DNA of 61,836 nucleotides, counting the filler, from Squatina squatina (lineage: Eukaryota), in the NCBI GenBank assembly GCA_031763465.1. It is 3 parts of 3 records of this genome, joined end to end, with 100 filler letters (N's around TTAATTAATTAA, not from the genome) between each part and the next. Parts side by side here need not be neighbours in the genome. Positions count along the whole stretch, not along the records: positions 1 to 25,488 come from JARFOE010000051.1; positions 25,589 to 48,085 come from JARFOE010000080.1; 1 more part is not named here. One strand, written 5' to 3'. Made by a program: the position numbers and the translations under genes. Within the stretch, counting starts at the first letter, position 1. Each line of letters starts with the position of its first letter. The notes under the pieces were generated by a model. That model was not told the DNA's origin and did no database searches. It saw nothing but the letters and a program-made list of their open reading frames with translations. Shown one piece after another: positions 24,758 through 35,735 of this stretch.

Positions 24758-25488
24758 ATGCATGCACTATTTCTGGGGCTACTTCCTTAAGCACTCTGGG
24801 ATGTAGAACATCAGGCCCTGGAGAATTATCTGCCTTCAATCCCATCAAATTACCTAACACCACTTCCTGAGTAATGAGGATTTCCTTCAGTTCCTCCTTC
24901 TCGCTAGACACTCGATCCCCTAATATTTCGGGGAGATTATTTGTGTCTTCCTTAGTGAAAACAGAAACAAGGTAGATATTCAATTGGTCTGCCATTTCCT
25001 TGTTCCTCACGATAAATTCACCTGTTTCTGACTGCAAGGGACCTACATTTGTCTGCACTAATCTTTTCCTCCGCACATCTCTATCAAAGGTTTTACAGTC
25101 AGTTTTTATGTTCCCTGCAAGCTTACTCTCATACTATATTGTCCCCTTCCTAATTCAATCTTTGTCCTCCGCCGCTGAACTCTAAATTTCTCCCAGTCCT
25201 CAACTTTGCTGCTTTTTCTGGCAAACGGTATGCCTCTTGCTTGGATTTGGTAGTCTCTAATTTCCCTTGTTAGCCACGGTTGAGCCACCACCCCTGGTTT
25301 ATTTTTACGCCAGATTCTGATGAACACTTGTTGTAGTTGTTCAATGCGATCTTTAAATGTTTGCCATTGCACATCCACCGTCAACACTTTAATTATCATT
25401 CACCAGTCTATCCCAGCCAATTCACTTCTCCTACCACCAACGTTACCTTTCATTAAGTTTAGAACCCTTGTTTCTGAATTCACTCTAT
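24758..25488 (-). mobile_element. CR1-clade LINE internal fragment
   Basis: QTNVGPLQSETGE...SVFTKED...SPGPDVLHPRVLKEVA and QPWLTRE peptides. Confidence 0.9.
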
Positions 25489-25588
25489 NNNNNNNNNNNN
25501 NNNNNNNNNNNNNNNNNNNNNNNNNNNNNNNNTTAATTAATTAANNNNNNNNNNNNNNNNNNNNNNNNNNNNNNNNNNNNNNNNNNNN
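25489..25588. other. Artificial contig-concatenation spacer
   Basis: 44 N + TTAATTAATTAA (25533-25544; stop codons in all six frames) + 44 N = 100 bp. Confidence 0.97.
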
Positions 25589-25930
25589 AATAAGGGCGCT
25601 TTAAAAAAATTACCTAGTCCTCCTTTGGCCAGTCGGCTCCTCCTCCCATGGTGCTGCTGCTGGACTGCAGACAGAGCGAGATTCTCCCTGCCTTGACATT
25701 AATATTACGTCGCAGCGCCAATGACATCATCGGGCCACGACATCTGCATCTTAAGTAGGTCACCACCTGCTTTTAGCTGGAGCCTCGTCGAAGGCTCGAA
25801 TTATCGGCCTTAATATTTCGGTGGGAGGGAAAGCAGTGGGTTGGAGGCGGAATTTGGACTTTTGGGATTTTCAACTCCCTGCCCGACCCTTTCCTGCCGG
25901 TCAGAAGGGAGGGGGCATAAAATCGAGTCC
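25589..25930. mobile_element. GC/CpG-rich non-autonomous DNA-transposon-like repeat fragment
   Basis: Abrupt CpG-rich block without an ORF in AT-rich intron. Similar-style blocks at 26383-26650, 30620-30848, 32170-32397, 39190-39400, 46515-46853, 47855-48085 and 57220-57545. Confidence 0.4.
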
Positions 25931-27427
25931 CATGAATCAGCATTACCCAATAGCCCATTGGTTTACTCTGCTGTGTTGTACAGAACACATTATAGTATGA
26001 CACAGTGTAGTCCATTTGTTACTAATGAAGATACGGTGGAAATTCCATTGACATTAACAGGGTAGAACTCAATTAACACATCCTCATCAAATGTTGGCAA
26101 TGTAATGTGTTCAGACCTTTGAAGATGTGTCCTAACTCATGCCCCTAAAGTTCTGTAGCTAGCGGGACCAAATACACTCAGTATTTTACAATATATATAT
26201 AATGCTATTTCTTCCCTTCAATTATAGTGGACACTCAACAGTGCATTATGAAAAAACCATTCAGCCTGCAGCCTCACAATATTGTTCCACACAACCATTC
26301 CTGGCACCATACTATAATTGAAGGGGAGATAGGTAAGTAACAGCATTGGCAGATATATGAATGACTAACAAACATTTTCCCCCTTATTTTGTAACTAATT
26401 TGTGCCCTTTCTTCCATCCTTTGAACGCCATAGGCCCCGATATTTACAGGCAGGCAGGGAGGGTGCGGAAGAGGCTGAAAACAGCAACTTCGGGGACATG
26501 GAGATCCTGCCGAACTTAACAGCAGGACCTCATTAACATTTTCATGTTCCATTTCTCGCCTGGCAGATGACCAAATGGTCAGGCTGGCTGATGGGTGGGC
26601 GGGAACACCAGCGAAGGGGACCCTTGCAATCTCCTGCCCATCGTGGGAGGGTTAATATAGAAGCCATTCTCACTGATACTTTCCAATCTGTGCTTGCTTT
26701 AATGGATCGACAAATACCTTCAGAAACAACATGTTTACTGATTTAGTTAAAACTAAGGTGCAAGGAAAATTTCATGCTCTCTGTGCACGATAGGTATTTT
26801 TAGGCCCATTAACCATAACTGTAATAACACCTTCCCAAGGCTGTACCGAGTTAGATGTCTCAGTAACTTCAGTTCATAGGGCAATATATACAAATGATGA
26901 CATTATCAAACAAATGTATTACTTTATTAGCAAACAGCAAGTTACAAATACATGAGCGATTACTTTCTTTAATTTGCACAGCAGCAGGTGCATAGGATAG
27001 TTTCACTTCTCCAGACTTCCATATTAAATGGCTTTAATTTCACCTTTTTGACATTATTCCGTTTATGACCTTATTTGCTGGTGGCCTTTGTTTCTGCTGC
27101 CTTCCAATTTCACTTACTACTTTTCTGCCTTCTACTTCCAGCTTTGTTTCCCTCCCTTCTGAATCTNNNNNNNNNNNNNNNNNNNNNNNNNNNNNNNNNN
27201 NNNNNNNNNNNNNNNNNNNNNNNNNNNNNNNNNNNNNNNNNNNNNNNNNNNNNNNNNNNNNNNNNNCCATGATCTTGTTGAATGATGGAGCAGGCTCAAA
27301 GGGCCAGATGGCATACTCCTGCTTCTATTTCTTAGGTATATTTTCCTTCACATGAGATAATTTACCCAATGTAACAATCAGTTTTGGTTCCTATTTATGA
27401 TACAGCCATTGTGCCCTTCTTTTTCAG

Positions 27428-27585
27428 TTCGGATTCACCTTTCAGTATTGAGGGTACAAGGCGGCAACGAAGATCTGAGTCCCCTGACTCGAAGAAACGG
27501 CGCATTCACAGGTGTGATTTTGAGGGCTGCAATAAAGTGTACACAAAAAGCTCTCATTTGAAAGCACACAGGAGGACGCATACAG
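27428..27585 (+). CDS. KLF12: Krueppel-like factor 12, penultimate coding exon (basic region + zinc finger 1)
   Basis: Acceptor ttttcAG at 27426-27427, donor GTAGG at 27586, 158 nt. Encodes [52 protein letters not shown], characteristic of KLF12. Confidence 0.95.
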
Positions 27586-27828
27586 GTAGGACGCTACAAC
27601 AGCTTGCCTTGATACACGACCTTTAACATGAAACAAATGGAATTAGATAGGGGAACGGGCACCAAGTCCTGAAGCAAGAGATTCGGACTGTTGGCCAAAA
27701 GGTTTGTTGAAAAGATGGGTTTTTAAGACCAGAGAGAAACGGAAAGGTTGAAGGTGAGAGTTGATGTGGCTAAGGCTTTGTGGGGCAAAAGGGGGAGATA
27801 TAACACACAAAAGGTCAGAGTCAGAGGA

Positions 27829-27918
27829 CAAGAAAGAAAGAAAGAAGGAAAGAAGAAAAATGAAAAGAAAGAAGAAAGAAGGAAAGAAGAAAAATGAAAA
27901 GAAAGAAGTAAAGAAAAA
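27829..27918. repeat. Imperfect (GAAA)n purine-rich microsatellite
   Basis: Run of aaag/gaa units leading into an N gap. Confidence 0.9.
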
Positions 27919-28018
27919 NNNNNNNNNNNNNNNNNNNNNNNNNNNNNNNNNNNNNNNNNNNNNNNNNNNNNNNNNNNNNNNNNNNNNNNNNNNNNNNNNN
28001 NNNNNNNNNNNNNNNNNN

Positions 28019-28230
28019 CCAGCAATTCTGGAATGCACTGCCTGAAACGGTAGTAGAAGCAGATTCAATAGTAACTTTCAAAAGGGAATTGGATATATAT
28101 ACTTTGAAGATGAACAATTTACAGGGCTATGGGGAAAGAGCAGGGAAGTGGGACTAATTTGAGTAGCTCTTTCAGAGAGCCGGCACAGGTATGATGGGCC
28201 GAATGGCCTCCCTCTGCATGATTCTATGAG
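28019..28230 (+). mobile_element. CR1-type 3' end fragment in the last KLF12 intron
   Basis: WNALPETVVEADSIVTFKRELD followed by the gatgggccgaatggcctcc tail. Confidence 0.8.
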
Positions 28231-28320
28231 TTGTTCTTCTTAGATATATTCTGATAATGATTTCAATATTAGAATTAATGGAATATTTTCATTTTGCAGT
28301 GAGATTGTCTTCAGTAGTGA

Positions 28321-28623
<303 letters not shown>

Positions 28624-31600
28624 AAAGTGTTTTGAAGAACAGTGGGGCATCAGAGCAGGATCTCTTCCAGACCCCAGAATTCAGCTGGGCTGAATTGTCA
28701 AGAGTATTGATCGAGGACATCTCCAATTGTCCGAAAGGAGAAAAAGATAAAACAGCACTCTAATCTTTCCTGTTGCTGACAGTCAAAAGCGACTGTCAGC
28801 GATTTGGCAATTTCGATTATTATTTCAGTTTGGCCTGTGTTGTTGTCCAAGGCTTTTCATAATGAGTTGGTGCATTTTTTTTTAAATAGTTCTCAGATTT
28901 TAAATCAATTTGTCTTTACTACAATTCTTCAACTACTGGATAAACCTATGGCAAAAGGCCAGTATTTAGTGCTAAATGTTAGCTCAGAACATAATTTAAC
29001 CGATCATTTCTATTTCCATTTAGTCTTTTTATATGAGCTCAGAAAGCTCTGCCTCATGCAGACCTCATTTGAAAAATGAAAAAAAAAGAGGATAAAGACT
29101 TGGCGATATTTTCCTCTGCCGTATGCACATGCCTCAAAATGCAGTGAATGGAGGATAATATAGCCCTTACTTCAGTTACATGTCAGTCACAGTGTTATGG
29201 ATCATGATGGACTGGTCATTATTCTGCAACAGAATCAATCAGATCCCTCCTTTAGTTGAAGAATTATTCAACTGCAGTGATATCTTCTGGGTTGCATAAT
29301 TAAATTGAGCGGGAGGGGTGGATAGAGGCAGTACGGCTTCAGTAAGTTGTTATACTCCACAGTACGCTATAACTTGGTGTTATGCTTTTTGAATATCCTA
29401 CCACCTGCATGACTGCACTCACCAGGGAATGTGCATTTCTCACTAGAACCACATTGTTCCTGTTTTATTTTTCTTTTAAATTATGTAGGGATGTATCATA
29501 TAGTGTTGAAGAAATGTATTGACTAACCATCTGATGTGCAAATTAGCAACATGGGATTTTTTGGGGGGGCCGGGCAAAAAGTTATTGGTTCTTTGATCTG
29601 TTAAAAAAGTAGGAAGCCCTATTAGAAGCCTGTAAATTCTATCCTTGTAATAGTTTTAATCACATTCAATGGACTTTCATAAATACCTGAAGCCTTATTT
29701 CTTTTTAATTGTGTTTTCATCGGCAAATATCATCTAGCAGAACTCTGGCATAAAAATGGAGGTATTATATTGACCCAATAATATTCAAAAGCAAATTTAC
29801 CATTAAGTGCAGTGTTACATTGGCCTCTAAGACTAATAGCAGGGGCAACATATAACAAAATCCTTTTATACTCATACAATCTAATGTATACGGCTTAATC
29901 CCATCCCTCCATTGGCAGTTATGCCTACAGCCGTCTAGATTCCACTGCCTGACATTCCCTCCTCCAGCTCCTCTCCGTCTGTACCTTTCTTTTCCGTTAA
30001 GACCTTTTTTTAACATCCACTCCTTTGGTCACCCTCTTAATCCGCCCTCCTTTGGCTTGGTGTCCGTTTTTCTCATGCCTCCTTGAAGCACTTTGAGGCA
30101 CTTTATTACGTTAAAGGCATCACCAATTTGCAAGCTGTTTTCTTGATCAGTTGATCCGTTATTCTCGCTATGCACTACGGATACATCAGTATTGCACAAC
30201 AGATACAAAATATAGCAGCTGTTTTATTGAATTACTCTTGAGAGTCGAGCAGTGGTCAATTCTTGCAGACAGTTAGCGCAGAGGCAGTGTTTACAGGTTA
30301 ATTAATAGCTGTCCATTGCTGCTTCTCTAACGAGCACAACCCAACTTTGCTATTTGCAGCAGAAAGACGAGTATTGCAGGTCACATTCAATTATTAGATC
30401 TTACATGACAGTGTGGGCTTGTTGCTATTTGATTGACAGCCCAGAAATAGCTTGGTTAACCTGATAGGAGAGCAGATATTGCAAAATGTTAGCGTGCATG
30501 CATGTGGTCAAAGCTTACAAATGGTCTGAATGTCCATTGTTGCGATTTGCAGACTATAGAACAGCATTTGAACTTACTTATGAGGTAAGTTATTATGGGT
30601 ATACCCAAATCTAACACCATGGGGAAGAAATTTGGCTGCTTTACGCCTCCCATTAGTGCCTGCGGGGGACAGTAACAGGGCGCTAAGGGGTTACCGACCG
30701 GGCGCGGTGAATTCAGCGACGCCCGCGAGCCTGCAGTGCCGGTTTAGCCCTGGCGCTAACTCTTACCGCCTGGGCCTCTAGCGCCTCGCAGATCGTGATG
30801 TCATAAAGTGCGCAGCGCCCCGTTACCACCCCGGAGGTGAAATTACCTNNNNNNNNNNNNNNNNNNNNNNNNNNNNNNNNNNNNNNNNNNNNNNNNNNNN
30901 NNNNNNNNNNNNNNNNNNNNNNNNNNNNNNNNNNNNNNNNNNNNNNNNTCAAAGCAGAGTTGTGAACTTCCCCATCTATTGGTTGCTGGCACCGTCCATT
31001 AGATCACATAATACTCCACATGAAAACAAGATGAAACTAGGAAGAGGTTCTGCAGATGACAGGCAGAGGTGATGGGGAGGAAATGAGAAGTTCATTATAG
31101 TTAACCATTGCTTAAGACTACCAGCGAAGTAGTTGCTGCAGCTCTCCAGAGCGTCAGTCATTACTAAGAATTATATATTGCAGTGTATTACTGTACAAAT
31201 TAGAAGTGCATGGATTAGACTCCTTTTTTCTTAACAGGGAAACGGCCAACAATAAGTTGTTCGTTAAGTAAGAGTTAAGGTCCACTTTGCTGGGTTTCAG
31301 TTACAGCACCTAACGATAATGTTTCTTGCATATAGTAGGCCTTTTTTAAGTGATCACTGTCTTAATCATACAGTCACAGTTAAACTCTTTCACCTCACTG
31401 TTGGGGAAACCACACAAGTTTTCTACGAGTGTTTACCCATATTTTCTTGACTGGTTGAAATCTACTTTTTAAAATCATATGTACAGTAGAAGACAGTTCA
31501 TTCCACTCATCTGCTTTAAGACAGCAATACTTCTAAGGAAAGAAAACATAACAAAATCAAAAAAAAGACTGATAAAACACAGCAGTGAGCTGTTCTTGTT

Positions 31601-33050
31601 GATATTTGAAGCCTGCCAGTAGCATCTTCTAACCTGATTAATGTGACGTCGTATCATATGAAGAAGAAAAGGAAGAGTCGGAGGTGTCTTTCTTCTGATA
31701 TGCTGATTTCTATTTGTCTTTTCAGCGAGACAATATGTTTGTACAAATGTGAAATTGGAATACTAATAGTGCAGAGTTCATTCTTGTGTTGCACAAACTC
31801 TCAATAATGGTGAAAGTATTAAAACCCTCCCCCCTCACAGGGCAGTATTCTTCAAGGAACAAGCTGTTGGCCTTCATGGTGAACCTGACTCAGGCACCCC
31901 CAGAAAGAGACAGAACCATTGCCTCTAACATCTTAATTTTCTCAATCCAAATTCTTCAGTTTTGTTCAACAACAACCTATCTTGTGAAACCGTCAGAACA
32001 TCCATTCCACATATATTAGTAAAATACTTGTGTTAATAAAACTGTAAGCGTTTGATAAAATATGTGTCAACCTCATGTCGTGAACTTACTAACAAAATGG
32101 AATTCTGCTATAACCTGGCATTTTGTAAAGCAAAAAAAAAAATTCAATCTCTGTGTGGGCATCACTGACAAGACATTTAATGGCCGAAATACATTTGTGC
32201 CCCTTTGGGGCATTTTTCGTGCCAGCTCCTGCCCAGCCCACATCAGAATTCGCAGTTCCAGGGCAGGAGCAAAGCGCGCCACTTTCGGCCTCGCTCCTGG
32301 GCGGCCTGGAACGTTGCTGGCGTGGCTTCCGCGCCAGCGACTTGAGATGTGCTGCGCTAGTGCTGATGTGAACAGCACTGTCAGGTCTCCCTTAAAGNNN
32401 NNNNNNNNNNNNNNNNNNNNNNNNNNNNNNNNNNNNNNNNNNNNNNNNNNNNNNNNNNNNNNNNNNNNNNNNNNNNNNNNNNNNNNNNNNNNNNNNNNNN
32501 NNNNNNNNNNNNNNNNNNNNNNNNNNNNNNNNNNNNNNNNNNNNNNNNNNNNNNNNNNNNNNNNNNGTTTTCTTCTTTAATAAATAAATCCGAGTTTTGA
32601 ATCTTCTGAAGAAGATTTGTTTTTCTTGTTCTTTGTACACTATTTAGTTCAGGCAATAAGTATGTGACACGTTTACTAACATTTATGTAAGTGTTGTTCT
32701 TGTATTTATGTACAATGTATGTATTGTAAATATATCCAGAGCTTTTCATCTTACTGTAAAATGATGGTATCACCCAAAAATGTAAAGGGAATCCCTGTAA
32801 TGAAATTCTGTGGGAGGATGTTCTGTTTTGCCCCAGTCTCTTCTGAAAGACAAGAAATGAACAAGTGTTTAGTTTTCCATGTGTCCCAAAATTTCTCCGT
32901 CAGTGCTTCGCGTTTCTGTATTCAACTTTCCTATGAGCTGAGCTGTGAATTGAAGAACTATAGTACACATCTTTAAACGTATGCATTTGTAATTACCTGA
33001 ATTATGAATGGAGGCATGAAGGTTAAATAAAGTTGCTTTTGTATGTAACA
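28624..33050 (+). promoter_or_regulatory. Probable long KLF12 3' UTR with candidate polyA signal AATAAA at 33026-33031
   Basis: AU-rich sequence after the stop; Pumilio-type TGTAAATA at 32725-32732; TGTA-rich distal region. Contains gaps, so the end is inferred. Confidence 0.5.
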
Positions 33051-33719
33051 AATCCAAACTCCTGGGAGAGTCAGAACAAACTACAGGAATGGTGGAAAGT
33101 TCNNNNNNNNNNNNNNNNNNNNNNNNNNNNNNNNNNNNNNNNNNNNNNNNNNNNNNNNNNNNNNNNNNNNNNNNNNNNNNNNNNNNNNNNNNNNNNNNNN
33201 NNGAGTCTTTTCATAGTGAAAATCTGTTTGCTCCTGAATACTAAAACAGAGTTGTCTTGTTTGCCAAGGGTTTCCATCACTCTGACGGTATGTAGTGACT
33301 GAGATATTTTGTGGGGATTAAAAACTGCGTCCAATGTTATTTTTATTCGCCATCTATGGATTTAGAGTTGATCAACAAACACAGTGTGTCAAATGTCTGT
33401 TAGCAACTTCCCAACAACTTCCAAAACAAAACAGCTATTTAAACACAACTGATGCCAGATCTGGTTACACTTAATGCTAACTGCTTTTTAAAAATGTGCT
33501 ATTTTTTAACCTATTGGACATACCAGACAGGAACAGAAATAGAAGCTGCACCAAACTTGAGCCTTTAAGAACACTTAAAGGTGAAGTATCCCTTCTCCAA
33601 TATATATCCTTATCGCTTTTCCTATATTTAAACAAAGCAGAAATAGCGAAAGGTGTGGTTGGAGGCCTGTTAACGCTGAATTAAATACACTAAAAGTTCT
33701 TTGTATTCACAATCAAACC

Positions 33720-34020
33720 ACCAGCAACATGCATTTGCATAGCGCCTTTAATATAGAAAAGCATCTCAAAGCTTTTCATGGAGGTGCATCAAAACAATGG
33801 ACACTGAACAATAGAGGATGCATCAGAAAGGGTAAGCAGAAGCTTAGTCAAAGAGGTCGACTGTAAAGAGGGTCGTAAAGGAAAAGAGAGAGATGGAGGA
33901 GTTTAGGGCCAGAATTCCAGACCATGAGGCCTAGACGGCTGAACCTGCAGCCTCCAATGGTGGGGTAAAGGGAGGGAGGGATACTCAAGAGGCTAGAGTC
34001 GGATGTACGGAGACCTTGCA
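33720..34020 (-). mobile_element. L2-tailed SINE/LINE 3' fragment
   Basis: Reverse complement resembles the repeat at about 29900-30140 (+) and the L2 tail near 38147-38230. Confidence 0.6.
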
Positions 34021-35397
34021 GAGCACATTGTAGGTTAAATAGANNNNNNNNNNNNNNNNNNNNNNNNNNNNNNNNNNNNNNNNNNNNNNNNNNNNNNNNN
34101 NNNNNNNNNNNNNNNNNNNNNNNNNNNNNNNNNNNNNNNNNNNGAGCAATAAATCACTTAACAAATAACTTGCTCAGCATGTAAGAGTGAATTTTCCGCC
34201 TATCGATTGTGGAAATAAATCTTACGTAGCACTTTCAAATTGAAATACCAGAATGTATTTTCATCAAAGGAGAACAGAAGCACTTTGTTTCCTGCTCACC
34301 AACCTGATAGACTGGAGCAGGGAACCATTTACATCTTAGAAGCCTGTGTCTTCACAAAGAACCCCCTGGTTAGGAATACGGCAGACAGACAGAGATAAAC
34401 TGCCTCCTCCTCACTCCTACAACGTGCCCTAGCCTCAACCTCAGAAAAGCATGTCCGACCACGATGGAACACTTCCACTCCCGCACTCCCCTCTTTATGG
34501 CCTGGGTGAATTTGGCAACATGCGAATTTGTGCTGTGCGTCGTAGCCCACTAAAAGCTGGCTTGAGACGACCAAGCTCATTTTGCAATGTACCTCGACGC
34601 CCAGCACAGGGAAGACTTTCATCCCCTTCAGTTGGGACGGCATTTCAACCCAGGCTCCAGAGGAGAAAAGGCAATCTGCAAACACACTGTATCACTCAGT
34701 ANNNNNNNNNNAGCTAACAACGCAATTTTAAAAGAAAATTCACTGCATTAGGAAGAAAATTGTAAGTGAATTTTGGTGGTAATGCAATCTTGGGGTTCAG
34801 ATGACAAAATATAAACTGCTCCAATTTGCTTTTGTAGTTTATGATGTAATTTAAGCCTCTCAGTTGCTTGTAATTGACTTAGCTGCACTCATTATATACT
34901 GCCCTCTGTCAAATGAATCATAAGTACAGTGAGTTATGAGACATATAACAGGGCTGTGTGTAAATTACTCAAGATTCAGAGTGCGTTAAGACAATTAAAG
35001 CTTGCAAGCTGATTACGTGGCACTTGAAATATGTATATGTGCGGCTTGGAAGCATTCTACGACATTAATACAAGTCTGATTGTGTCTAATTGAGTGCAAT
35101 GAGTTAAAGGCTCTGTGGTGTGGGATCAATGATAATCAGCTGAATAAATATAAAACAATTGGATAACTGTTAATTAGGGTTAGGATTCAGAAGCTGAATC
35201 AAATATATTGTGCAATATTTCCCCCTCCTGATTAAATTTATTCCGAAAGTTAACTGCACTTGTTGAAAGTGACCACATCTTGACAATCAATAATGATGGG
35301 ATAATTTGTGCTAATTGCTGATTAATGCAACTGGGATTCAGCTAGTCTTAATGCTGAGCACTGTACTAAAAGATTGTCAACAATACCAAAATATATA

Positions 35398-35635
35398 ATA
35401 AAAACAGAAAATGCTGGAAATACTCAGCCGGTTAGGTGGGCAGTATCTGTGGAGAGAGAAACAGAGTTAACGTTTCTGGTCGATGACCCTTCGTCAGAAC
35501 TGAAAAAGGTAGAAATGTAGCAGGTTTTTAAGCAAGTGCAGGGGTAGGGAAAGCGGGGAGGGGGAGGAAAGAACAAAAGGGAAGGCAAAGATAACCAGAT
35601 GTACAAAACCACAGAGCAGGACAGGCAGGTGTGAA
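35398..35635 (-). mobile_element. Penelope-like terminal repeat fragment
   Basis: aaaacagaaaatgctggaaatactcagc...gagagaaacagagttaacgtttc is homologous to the end of the PLE at 8098-8350. Confidence 0.8.
35465..35501 (-). ncRNA. Minimal type I hammerhead ribozyme-like motif (PLE-derived)
   Basis: Minus strand reads AGUU CUGACGA AGGGUC AUC GACCA GAAACGUU AACU: CUGANGA and GAAA cores, stem I AGUU/AACU, stem II GGUC/GACC, palindromic ACGU helix III, GUU cleavage triplet. Confidence 0.7.
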
Positions 35636-35735
35636 NNNNNNNNNNNNNNNNNNNNNNNNNNNNNNNNNNNNNNNNNNNNNNNNNNNNNNNNNNNNNNNNN
35701 NNNNNNNNNNNNNNNNNNNNNNNNNNNNNNNNNNN

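Noticed and set aside
25533-25544. TTAATTAATTAA as a homeobox site or piggyBac target
   Set aside because: It is centred in N runs and repeated identically at 48130-48141, so it is a synthetic linker.
27643-28117. Lys/Glu-rich and Phe/Ser-rich ORFs
   Set aside because: They are translations of the (GAAA)n microsatellite plus a gap.
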